Assembly (NCBI GenBank): GCA_017445245.1
Contig: JAFSUM010000024.1
Span: 2,191 to 66,190 of the forward strand
Source of the DNA: Bacilli bacterium
Lineage (GTDB): Bacteria; Bacillota_I; Bacilli_A; RFN20; CAG-826
Reading direction: 5' to 3'
Length of the DNA: 64,000 nucleotides
Positions within the stretch are counted from its first letter, which is position 1. Every line of letters starts with the position of its first letter. Below are positions 7,873 to 16,010 of this stretch, in pieces. The translations under genes were made by a program, and so were the position numbers. The notes below the pieces were generated by a model, which saw only the letters and a program-made list of their open reading frames with translations, was not told where the DNA came from and made no database searches.

Positions 7873-10533
7873 TTACTTGCCTTCCTTTTCGTGGAGGATG
7901 GCAGCCTGCGCAGCAGCGAGGCGGGCCAGCGGGACACGGAAGGGCGAGCAGGAGACGTAGTCGAGACCGACCTTGTCGTAGAACATGATGGACGCGGGGT
8001 CACCACCGGTTTCGCCGCAGACACCGATGAGGAGGTCCGGACGGGTGGCACGGCCACGTTCGACAGCGATCTTGACGAGTTCGCCGACGCCATCGACGTC
8101 GATGGTCTGGAACGGATCGAATTCGTAGATCTTGCGGTCATAGTAGAACGGCAAGAACTGACCGGAGTCATCACGGGAGAAGCCCATGGTGAGCTGGGTG
8201 AGGTCGTTGGTACCGAAGGAGAAGAACTCGGCTTCTTTGGCGAGGTCCCCGGCACGGAGAGCGCCTCTGGGGATTTCGATCATGGTACCGACGTGGTACT
8301 TGAGGGTCTTGCCCTGCTTCTTGAACTCGTCTTCGACAGCGGCGACGACGGTCTTTTTGGCCCACATGTATTCCTTGAATTCGCCAGCGAGCGGAATCAT
8401 GATCTCGGGTTCGATTTCCTTGCCGAGTTCGGCGGAAGCCTTGAGGGCGGCCTGGATGATGGCGCGGCTGAGCATAGCGTAGATTTCCGGATAGGCGACG
8501 CAGAGGCGGATGCCGCGGAAGCCCATCATCGGGTTGGCCTGCTGGAGCTGGTTGATACGGTCCTTGACCTTCTGTTCGGTGACACCGAGCTTCTCGGCGA
8601 GATCCTTGATGTTCTTTTCATCGTGGATTTCGGGGAGGAATTCGTGCAGAGGGGGATCGAGGAGGCGGATGTTGACCATGGAGTCGGGATTCGCCTTATA
8701 CATTTCATAGAAATCACCGACCATGAACGGACGGATGCGCTCGAGAGCGGCTTCGCGCTGTTCGGTGGTGTCGGAGAGAATCATGGAACGCATGTTGAGG
8801 ATGCGGTCATCGGCGAAGAACATACGCTCGGTACGGCAGAGGCCGATGCCTTCCGCGGAGAAGCGGTTGGCGTTGTGGGCGTCTTCCGGCGTGTTGCAGT
8901 TGGCGCGGACCTTGAGGCGACGATACTTGTCGGCCCAGCTCATGAGGCGGCCGAAGTCGCCACCGAGGTCGGCGGGAACCATCTTGATTTCGCCTTCATA
9001 GACGAGACCCGTGGTACCGTTAACGGAGAGGATATCGCCTTCGTGGAAGACTTTGCTGCCGACGGTGACGGTCTTGGCTTCTTCGTTGACGACGATTTCA
9101 GTTGCGCCTGCGACGCAGCACTTGCCCATGGAGCGGGCGACGACCGCGGCGTGGGAGGTCATGCCGCCACGAGCGGTGAGGATGGCCTCGGAGTTGACCA
9201 TGCCGATGATGTCTTCGGGAGAGGTTTCGGCGCGGACGAGGACGACTTTCTTGCCGGCATCGTGCCACTCCTTGCACTCTTCAGCGGTGAAGACGATGGC
9301 ACCAGTGCCAGCGCCCGGAGAGGCGGGGAGACCCTTGATAACGGGTTCATGGGCCTTCAAATCCTTCTCGTCGAAGGTCGGGTGGAGGAGGTCGTTAAGC
9401 TGCTTCGGTTCGACGCGGCAGACGGCTTCCTTTTCATCGATCAAGCCTTCGTCGACGAGGTCGCAGGCGATCTTGAGAGCGGCGCGAGCGGTACGCTTGC
9501 CGTTACGGGTCTGGAGGAAGTAGAGGACGCCTTTTTCGATGGTGTACTCCATATCCTGCATGTCGTGGAAATAGTTCTCCATGCGCTTGATGGTGGCCAT
9601 GAACTGTTCATAAACCTCCGGCATGCGGCGCTTGAGCTCGTCGATGTGAAGCGGGGTGCGGACGCCGGCGACGACGTCTTCGCCCTGAGCATTAGGAAGG
9701 AACTCGGCGTAGATTTTCTTTTCGCCAGTGCCCGGGTCGCGGGAGAAGGCGACACCGGTGCCGGAATCTTCGCCCATGTTGCCGAAGACCATCGACTGAA
9801 CGTTGACGGCGGTGCCCCATTCGTAGGGGATGCCGTTCATCTGACGATAGACGTTGGCGCGGGGGTTGTCCCAGCTGCGGAAGACGGCGGCGACAGCTTC
9901 GCGGAGCTGCTCATAGGGATCGGTCGGGAAGTCTTCGCCGAAGACCTTCTTGTAGTAGGCCTTGTAGGCTTTGACGAGCTCTTTGAGCTGGTCGACGGTG
10001 ACTTCGGTGTCGAGCTTGTAGCCGTTCTCTTCTTTGAGCTTGTCGAGCATCGCGTCCATATCGGTGCGCGGATGGCCCTTGGCGATGTTAGTGAACATCA
10101 AGATGAAACGGCGATAGGAGTCCCAGGCGAAGCGATCGTTGCCGGCGAATTTGGCGAGCTTGTCGACGACTTCGTCATTGAGGCCGAGGTTGAGGATGGT
10201 ATCCATCATGCCTGGCATGGACATTCTAGCGCCCGAACGGACGGAGACGAGAAGCGGCATGACACCGTCTTTCTTCGCGCCGAAGGACTTGTTGTTCTTT
10301 TCCTCGATGCCGTGGATGTGGGCGACGATGTCGTTCCACACGTAATCGGGAATGGATTTGTTGCACTCGTAATAGAGGGTGCAAGCTTCGGTGGAGATGG
10401 TGAAGCCGGCGGGAATGTTGATTCCGGCGGCGGTCATCTCGGCAAGACCGAAGCCTTTTCCGCCGAGGATTTCTTTGCCAAGTTTGCTTTCTTTGGCTTC
10501 CTCGAAGGAATAAACGTACTTCTTTTCTGCCAT
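7873..10533 (-). CDS. ppdK: pyruvate, phosphate dikinase
   Basis: 886 aa. N-terminal ATP-grasp region (LGGKGFGLAEM), phosphohistidine motif GGMTSHAAVVARS, C-terminal PEP-utilising TIM barrel. Strong SD (AGGAGG) upstream. Confidence 0.95.
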   Translation of the reverse strand: MAEKKYVYSFEEAKESKLGKEILGGKGFGLAEMTAAGINIPAGFTISTEACTLYYECNKSIPDYVWNDIVAHIHGIEEKNNKSFGAKKDGVMPLLVSVRSGARMSMPGMMDTILNLGLNDEVVDKLAKFAGNDRFAWDSYRRFILMFTNIAKGHPRTDMDAMLDKLKEENGYKLDTEVTVDQLKELVKAYKAYYKKVFGEDFPTDPYEQLREAVAAVFRSWDNPRANVYRQMNGIPYEWGTAVNVQSMVFGNMGEDSGTGVAFSRDPGTGEKKIYAEFLPNAQGEDVVAGVRTPLHIDELKRRMPEVYEQFMATIKRMENYFHDMQDMEYTIEKGVLYFLQTRNGKRTARAALKIACDLVDEGLIDEKEAVCRVEPKQLNDLLHPTFDEKDLKAHEPVIKGLPASPGAGTGAIVFTAEECKEWHDAGKKVVLVRAETSPEDIIGMVNSEAILTARGGMTSHAAVVARSMGKCCVAGATEIVVNEEAKTVTVGSKVFHEGDILSVNGTTGLVYEGEIKMVPADLGGDFGRLMSWADKYRRLKVRANCNTPEDAHNANRFSAEGIGLCRTERMFFADDRILNMRSMILSDTTEQREAALERIRPFMVGDFYEMYKANPDSMVNIRLLDPPLHEFLPEIHDEKNIKDLAEKLGVTEQKVKDRINQLQQANPMMGFRGIRLCVAYPEIYAMLSRAIIQAALKASAELGKEIEPEIMIPLAGEFKEYMWAKKTVVAAVEDEFKKQGKTLKYHVGTMIEIPRGALRAGDLAKEAEFFSFGTNDLTQLTMGFSRDDSGQFLPFYYDRKIYEFDPFQTIDVDGVGELVKIAVERGRATRPDLLIGVCGETGGDPASIMFYDKVGLDYVSCSPFRVPLARLAAAQAAILHEKEGK

Positions 10534-10578
10534 TGTTTCCTCCTAATAGCATTGGGGGTCGTTAGCCCCAGCGGATAA

Positions 10579-10587
10579 ATTCTATCA
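10579..10587 (-). promoter_or_regulatory. putative extended -10 promoter of ppdK
   Basis: Minus strand reads TGaTAGAAT, about 45 nt upstream of the ppdK ATG. Confidence 0.4.
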
Positions 10588-10594
10588 TTACACG

Positions 10595-10611
10595 CTTATT
10601 CTTAGAATAAG
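10595..10611. promoter_or_regulatory. perfect 8-1-8 palindrome overlapping the ppdK -35 position (candidate operator)
   Basis: CTTATTCT-T-AGAATAAG. The arms are exact reverse complements. A 1-nt centre cannot fold as a hairpin, so a dimeric protein site is the simplest reading. Confidence 0.4.
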
Positions 10612-10636
10612 AAAAAGTTTTGGACTGATCGGCAAC

Positions 10637-10666
10637 AAAAAAGAGGACACACGTGTCCCCTCTTTT
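10637..10666 (-). terminator. intrinsic terminator after the heptose operon (bidirectional-type hairpin)
   Basis: AGAGGACAC...GTGTCCCCTCT imperfect GC-rich hairpin. Flanked by A6 on the plus strand (T6 on the minus strand) and by TTTT. Confidence 0.5.
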
Positions 10667-10680
10667 GTCCTTTTCGAGGT

Positions 10681-11286
10681 CTACTGATTGATTTTGTAAA
10701 TCGCATCCCTGCCGTTTTTGGCGGCCAGGTACTTCCAGAAAATCTGCATGATGAGATGGTCGAAGCCCATGTGGAGGTCTTCGGTGATCTGCATGTCGTC
10801 GACGGGGACGTGGAGGAAGTAGTCGGCCTTCTGGCGGAGCTTGCCACCGCTATAACCGGTGACGCCGATGACGGTCGCCCCCACTTCTTTCGCGTAATCG
10901 ACCGCTTTGACGATGTTATGAGAGTTGCCAGAGCCGGAAACGGCGAGGACGACGTCGTCTTTCGTGAGACGGTCTTTTAGCTGATAGACGAACACGTTCT
11001 CGAAAGAATCGTCATTGGCGATGGCCATGAGAATGGGAATGTTGTCGTTGAGGCAGACGAACTTGAACTTCTTGTCGAGTTCGTAGCAGGTTCCCTTATT
11101 GAAATCGCAGACCATGTGGCTTGCGGTGGCGCTGGAACCGCCGTTGCCCATGGTATAGACGGTCGCCCCGCGTTCATAAGCGTCCATTAACGCGTTCATG
11201 GCATCGTTAATTTCCTTGCGGTCGAGAGCGTCGATCGCTTTCTTTTCGCGGTCGTAATAGGCGTTGATTTCGTCGATGAAGTCCAT
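10681..11286 (-). CDS. gmhA: SIS-domain sedoheptulose-7-phosphate isomerase (GmhA-like)
   Basis: 201 aa. GNGGSSATASH SIS motif and SGSGNS motif. Located in an operon with heptose kinase and phosphatase/nucleotidyltransferase genes. Confidence 0.8.
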   Translation of the reverse strand: MDFIDEINAYYDREKKAIDALDRKEINDAMNALMDAYERGATVYTMGNGGSSATASHMVCDFNKGTCYELDKKFKFVCLNDNIPILMAIANDDSFENVFVYQLKDRLTKDDVVLAVSGSGNSHNIVKAVDYAKEVGATVIGVTGYSGGKLRQKADYFLHVPVDDMQITEDLHMGFDHLIMQIFWKYLAAKNGRDAIYKINQ

Positions 11287-12605
11287 TAGTTCACTCCTTC
11301 TTCCTTGAAGATTATATCAACTGCTTCGGCTAAATCCTTGCAGATGAAGTCGGGTTTGGCGTTGGGATATTTGCCGTCGGGATTCGGATCGCCCGAGGTG
11401 ATGAGAATGGTGCGGCAATTCGCGTTGATTCCCGTTTGCACGTCTTGTTTGGTGTCGCCGACGAACCAAGACTTCTCCAAATCGATGTTAAAGTCTTCTT
11501 TCGCTTTGAGAAGCATCCCAATTTTCGGCTTACGGCAATCGCAGTCGAATTTCAGTTCGGGGACTTCGCCCTCAAAACCTTTGTCGGGGTGATGTGGGCA
11601 GAAATAGAGGCCATTGAGGTAGCTACCCCTTTCACCGAGAAGGACCTGCATCTTGTCATGGATTTGTTTGAGTTCCCCAAACGTCGTTTCGCCGCGGGCC
11701 ACGACGGGCTGGTTGGTGATACAGATGGCGAGGAAAGGCGATTCGTTGATGCGTTTTAGGGCACCAGGTGCGTCTTCTTTGAGGACGAGGGCGTCCGCTT
11801 TCTTAACGAAATTGCCGAATTTGTTGATGACACCATCGCGGTCGAGGAAGATCGCCCGCTGCTTGTTGCGGAGGTTTCGGCTTTCGACAACGCCCTTCTC
11901 CAAATCGCGGCCCACCGATTCATAACGATCAGGCGTGCCACAGTCTTTCACATATTCGCTGGAGCGATAGGCATAGACCCCATCCGCATAGATGCTAGGC
12001 ATGAGGAGTTCTTTCTCGAAGTCCATCTTTACGGGTTCATCGAGATCTAGGAAGGTATCGAGCAATTCCTTCGAAACGACATAAACCCCTGCATTGGTCA
12101 GGTTTTCGTAATAGAAATCCCTCGGCTCTTTCTTAGAAAGAAGATGCACGACCTTGCTATTTTCACCAGGTACCAAAACGTCGGAGTCATAGGGATGGCT
12201 ATTCGGATGGGCAAAGGTCGTGATGATGCTATTGTGGGCCTTATGGAATTTCATGAAGCGCCCGAAATCGATATCGAGCATCAAGTCGCCAAAAAGCAGG
12301 AAGAAATCCTCTTTGAACACTTTGGCCGCATAGAAAAGGGCGCCGCCGGTACCAAGAGGGATCAACTCCTTGAAATAGTGAATGGAAACGCCCCATTTGG
12401 AGCCGTCGCCGAAATAGTCTTCGATCTGATTGGTATGTCCAGGGCAAACCATCCAGATGTGTTCAACACCCGAACGGGCCAAAGAGATGACCTGGTGCTC
12501 CAAAATCGGTTTTCCCCCGATTGGAACCATCGGTTTTAGAAGGGTATCACCCGTAATGCTTTTGAGGCGAGTTCCGGCTCCGCCGGCTTGAATAAGGGCA
12601 ATCAT
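11286..12605 (-). CDS. fusion protein: N-terminal sugar-1-phosphate nucleotidyltransferase (HddC-like) + C-terminal D,D-heptose 1,7-bisphosphate phosphatase (GmhB, HAD)
   Basis: 439 aa. N-terminal QAGGAGTRL nucleotidyltransferase motif. C-terminal FLDRDGVIN HAD motif I plus the GmhB zinc loop CPHHP...CDCRKP. Confidence 0.8.
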   Translation of the reverse strand: MIALIQAGGAGTRLKSITGDTLLKPMVPIGGKPILEHQVISLARSGVEHIWMVCPGHTNQIEDYFGDGSKWGVSIHYFKELIPLGTGGALFYAAKVFKEDFFLLFGDLMLDIDFGRFMKFHKAHNSIITTFAHPNSHPYDSDVLVPGENSKVVHLLSKKEPRDFYYENLTNAGVYVVSKELLDTFLDLDEPVKMDFEKELLMPSIYADGVYAYRSSEYVKDCGTPDRYESVGRDLEKGVVESRNLRNKQRAIFLDRDGVINKFGNFVKKADALVLKEDAPGALKRINESPFLAICITNQPVVARGETTFGELKQIHDKMQVLLGERGSYLNGLYFCPHHPDKGFEGEVPELKFDCDCRKPKIGMLLKAKEDFNIDLEKSWFVGDTKQDVQTGINANCRTILITSGDPNPDGKYPNAKPDFICKDLAEAVDIIFKEEGVN

Positions 12606-12611
12606 GGTCGT

Positions 12612-13592
12612 TTATTCGGTGTAGACGATGGTCGCGCCGGAGTTATCGAGTTCGACCGGGAGTTCGATGAGGTCGCTTAAAGCTTCGCGTACGGCTTTTT
12701 TCTTTTCTTCGTCAGGAACATAGAAGAGGAGGAAGCCGCCTCCACCCGCGCCGAGGAGTTTGCCGCCCATCGCGCCGGCCTTCATGCCGCGTTCATAAGC
12801 GTCATCAATAAGAGGCGAGGAGATGCCACGGGCAAGGCCTTTCTTGATTTCCCAGGAAACACGAAGCGTTTCGCCTAGGGCATCGACGTTATTGGCCTCG
12901 AATTCGCGTTTGAGGTCACGCGTCATTTCACAAAGTTTCTTGGTCGCTTCGATCTTTTCGTTCGCGGTCGCGAGGTTCTTGCTCTGTTCGGAGAGGATTT
13001 TATTCGCGTCGTGCAAAGCGCCCGTATAGAACATCATCATCGAGTTCTCGAGATGACGGAAAGAGGAACGATGCATGATGATCGGTTCGATTTTGACGAA
13101 GCCGTCCGGGCAGAATTCGTAATAACGAAGACCGCCGAACGCCGCGGCGAATTGGTCTTGTTTGCCAATGGGGTTACCGAGTTGGTTGATTTCGACTTCG
13201 CACGCCTCTTTCGCGATCTTGTAGGTGGACACATAACGCGAGTTATAGGCATACATGGCTTTGATAAGCGCGACCGTAAAGGTACTCGAAGAGCCTAAGC
13301 CGGTTCCCGCGGGAATGTCGGCCATCGAGGTGATTTCGATGCCTTTTGTGCCGAAGTCGCGGAGAACTTGGCCGAAGATGCGGTGCTGGATGTCCTTGGG
13401 GTCGGTAACGACCTCGGTTTGCGAATATTTGAGCGTGATGGTGTCCTTGTTGAAGGCACGGTTGATCGTCAAATATACATAACGGCGAATCGTCGTGGAC
13501 AATACGCAGCCGCCGAATTGTTCGTAAAAGGACGGGATATCGCTTCCGCCGCCGCAGAACGAGACTCTAAATGGTGCGCGCGAAATAATCAT
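12612..13592 (-). CDS. hddA: GHMP-family D-glycero-alpha-D-manno-heptose-7-phosphate kinase (HddA-like)
   Basis: 326 aa. RAPFRVSFCGGGSDIP N-terminus and GHMP motif PAGTGLGSSSTF. Confidence 0.8.
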   Translation of the reverse strand: MIISRAPFRVSFCGGGSDIPSFYEQFGGCVLSTTIRRYVYLTINRAFNKDTITLKYSQTEVVTDPKDIQHRIFGQVLRDFGTKGIEITSMADIPAGTGLGSSSTFTVALIKAMYAYNSRYVSTYKIAKEACEVEINQLGNPIGKQDQFAAAFGGLRYYEFCPDGFVKIEPIIMHRSSFRHLENSMMMFYTGALHDANKILSEQSKNLATANEKIEATKKLCEMTRDLKREFEANNVDALGETLRVSWEIKKGLARGISSPLIDDAYERGMKAGAMGGKLLGAGGGGFLLFYVPDEEKKKAVREALSDLIELPVELDNSGATIVYTE

Positions 13593-13652
13593 ATATAACC
13601 TCTTTGGCCCATATTCTAAGTCAAAGGAGATGATTTAGAAAGAACACGGGGG

Positions 13653-13673
13653 TGCTATACTTCATTTAAGATG
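13653..13673 (+). promoter_or_regulatory. putative extended -10 promoter placed for a leaderless/near-leaderless FGGY kinase mRNA
   Basis: TGcTATACT (13653-13661), 9 nt tcatttaag, ATG 13671. No SD. Confidence 0.35.
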
Positions 13674-15224
13674 AACGATTCCCCATTAATCATGACGTTC
13701 GATTTCGGAACGCAGTCGGTTCGCGTTTCCGTTTTCGACAAAGAAGGCAATTGTCTCGCCCAAGAGGGCAAGAAATACCAACCTGCCTACTATTCGCCGA
13801 AACCGGGTTATGCCGAAATGGATCCGGCCTACTACTTCGATTGCCTTTGCGAGTGCGCCAAACGCATCTCCGAAGAGAAACCCGAACTGATGAGACGCGT
13901 CGCGGGCATCGAGCTCGATTGTTTCCGCGACTCGGCCGTTCTCCTCGATAAGGACCATAACGTTATCCGCCCGATGATTCTTTGGCTCGATTCTCGCATG
14001 GCCGAATGCAAAGAACCCCTACCGTTCCTGCCTAGAACGATTTTCAAACTTGTCGGCAAAAGTGAGGTAATTTCCCTAAATCGCCGCAGAACCATGGCGA
14101 ACTGGGTGAAGGAAAATGAGCCCGAAAACTATGCAAAAATAGATAAATATGTGTCGATTTCCACGTATTTTATCTATCGTTTGACGGGAAATTTGAAAGA
14201 CTCCCCTTCCGATTTCACCGGCCATTACCCCTTGGATTACAAGAAAAAGCAGTGGTATGCAAATCCACCAAAACACCTGCAAGGACAGATTTTCTCGTTA
14301 CGTCGCGACCAACTTGTCGAACTCGTGGATACGCAAGGTGTCCTAGGCGAAATCTCCAAAGAGGCTTCTGCGCTGACGGGCATTCCCGAGGGTATTAAGA
14401 TCTTCGCGGGTGGTTCGGACAAATCCTGCGAGACTCTAGGCTCTGGCGTTTATGACGATACGATGGCGTCCGTGTCTTTGGGTACTGCCTGCACGATCGA
14501 AACCGTCATCAAGAAATATATGGGCCCTAGACCCCTACTCCCCGCTTACCCGTCTGTTCAAAAAGATGTCTATAACCTAGATGTCCAAATCTATCGCGGC
14601 TTCTGGATGATTAATTGGTTCCTCAAGGAATTTGGGGCGTGCCGCATCGACGATTTGGTCACGGACCAATTTCAACCTGCTGAACTGGATAAACAACTAG
14701 ATAATATCGCTCCTGGTTCCGATGGCTTAATCGTCCAACCCTACTGGGGTTCGCCTTTGGAACATCCTGAGGTCAAAGGCGCGATGGTAGGCTTCTCGGA
14801 TTACACGACCCGCCTTCACGTCTACAAGGCCATTATCGAAGGCATCGGCTATGAACTTCGTTTATCGAAGGAAATCTTTGAAAAGCGGATCAAACATCCA
14901 TTTAAGGCTATTCGTATTTCCGGCGGAGGCGCCCAGTCGGACGAGGTTTGCCAGATTTATGCTGACCTATTTGGTTTGCCCGTCGAACGGCTCCACACTA
15001 TCGAGACTTCCTCTCTTGGGGCGGCAATCGGAGGCTTCTTATCGCTCGGCGTATATAAAGACGCGAAAGAGGCCGTTTCGAATATGGTCCGCGTGACCAA
15101 GCGCTTCGAGCCACGGAAAGAGAAAACCGAGGCCTATGACAAACTCTATGGCGGAGCCTATAAAGACCTCTACCGGAGCCTAAAGAAAATCTACCGCTTC
15201 ATCTACCGTTACGCCGCGGTTTAG
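13671..15224 (+). CDS. FGGY-family carbohydrate kinase (substrate unknown)
   Basis: 517 aa. N-terminal FDFGTQSVR actin-fold phosphate-1 motif and C-terminal ISGGGAQSD motif. Confidence 0.8.
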   Translation: MNDSPLIMTFDFGTQSVRVSVFDKEGNCLAQEGKKYQPAYYSPKPGYAEMDPAYYFDCLCECAKRISEEKPELMRRVAGIELDCFRDSAVLLDKDHNVIRPMILWLDSRMAECKEPLPFLPRTIFKLVGKSEVISLNRRRTMANWVKENEPENYAKIDKYVSISTYFIYRLTGNLKDSPSDFTGHYPLDYKKKQWYANPPKHLQGQIFSLRRDQLVELVDTQGVLGEISKEASALTGIPEGIKIFAGGSDKSCETLGSGVYDDTMASVSLGTACTIETVIKKYMGPRPLLPAYPSVQKDVYNLDVQIYRGFWMINWFLKEFGACRIDDLVTDQFQPAELDKQLDNIAPGSDGLIVQPYWGSPLEHPEVKGAMVGFSDYTTRLHVYKAIIEGIGYELRLSKEIFEKRIKHPFKAIRISGGGAQSDEVCQIYADLFGLPVERLHTIETSSLGAAIGGFLSLGVYKDAKEAVSNMVRVTKRFEPRKEKTEAYDKLYGGAYKDLYRSLKKIYRFIYRYAAV

Positions 15225-15230
15225 AGAAAG

Positions 15231-15258
15231 AAAAACAGCAGGGCGCTCTGCTGTTTTT
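15231..15258. terminator. bidirectional intrinsic terminator between the FGGY kinase and the TetR gene
   Basis: AAAAACAGCAG-ggcgct-CTGCTGTTTTT. Perfect stem flanked by an A-run and a T-run. Confidence 0.8.
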
Positions 15259-15266
15259 CATATCGT

Positions 15267-15866
15267 TTACTGAAGGGGGTTCCGCAACACCAAATTCAGA
15301 AGCAATTGCTCGTCGTAGAAGCCGCCGGTCTTGTTGCTCACACGCTCGATAGAGGCCAGGAGCAAGTCAATGATGGCTTGGGCGATGCCTTTGACATCCC
15401 CTTCGATGACCTGTCCTTTGCGCTGGCCTTCGAGAATCAAGGTCTCGAGGGTTTTACGCAAATCGTGCGATTTCGCGAAGATCTGACCGAAGTCGTCAAG
15501 GCTGGTGGCCTCGTCGAGTTCGATGACGATTTTGGCCACGGCAACGGCTTTCGAACCGCCTTCCGGAATGGAAGCGGCGAAGCGGAATAACTCGGCAAGT
15601 CCATCGACTCCACCGAGCTGGAGGACTTTCTCTATCGGGAAGGTTCCCATCGGGAGGATGACGTCTTCGATCAAAGCGCGGAAAACGACTTCCTTCGACT
15701 CAAAATAGTGATAGAAAAGGCCGTGAGAACATTTGGAAGGTTTGGTGATGTCGTCGATAGCCGTATGGTCATAACCGTTGGCGGCAAAGGCCTTCAGCGC
15801 ATAGGAAAGTAACTTGGTGCGCCTCTTGTCTTTGATGGCTTGGTTCTGTTCAACGGTGCGGGGCAT
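15267..15866 (-). CDS. TetR/AcrR-family transcriptional regulator
   Basis: N-terminal HTH (AANGYDHTAIDDITKPSKCSHGLFYHYFESKE). Start set at ATG 15866, 7 nt downstream of GGAGGA. The ORF-track TTG 15881 overlaps that SD. Confidence 0.85.
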   Translation of the reverse strand: MPRTVEQNQAIKDKRRTKLLSYALKAFAANGYDHTAIDDITKPSKCSHGLFYHYFESKEVVFRALIEDVILPMGTFPIEKVLQLGGVDGLAELFRFAASIPEGGSKAVAVAKIVIELDEATSLDDFGQIFAKSHDLRKTLETLILEGQRKGQVIEGDVKGIAQAIIDLLLASIERVSNKTGGFYDEQLLLNLVLRNPLQ

Positions 15867-15899
15867 GTCCTTGTCCTCCAAAAGTGTTCAGCGAGCGTA

Positions 15900-15932
15900 A
15901 TGATAATTATTTAATTCAATTCGTCAATTGAA
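15900..15932 (-). promoter_or_regulatory. putative TetR-gene promoter with embedded inverted repeat (candidate autoregulatory operator)
   Basis: Inverted repeat TTCAATT-cgtc-AATTGAA at 15915-15932. Minus strand reads TTGACG (15927-15922), 16 nt, TATCAT (15905-15900). Confidence 0.45.
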
Positions 15933-16010
15933 ATGCGACGCGAAAACGCTTTCTTTGACGAAAAGCACCGATTTCGTTAAGCGATTATGACCCTTTGTTT
16001 GACGTTATGG

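Noticed and set aside
7891-10578. 895-aa ORF on the plus strand spanning the whole of ppdK
   Set aside because: It is codon-aligned antisense to ppdK: both frames use triplets starting at coordinates congruent to 1 mod 3. Its openness therefore only means that ppdK contains no TTA, CTA or TCA codons. That fits the strong codon bias of a highly expressed gene. The translation is G/D/E/V/A-rich junk with no domain signature, and there is no SD or promoter.
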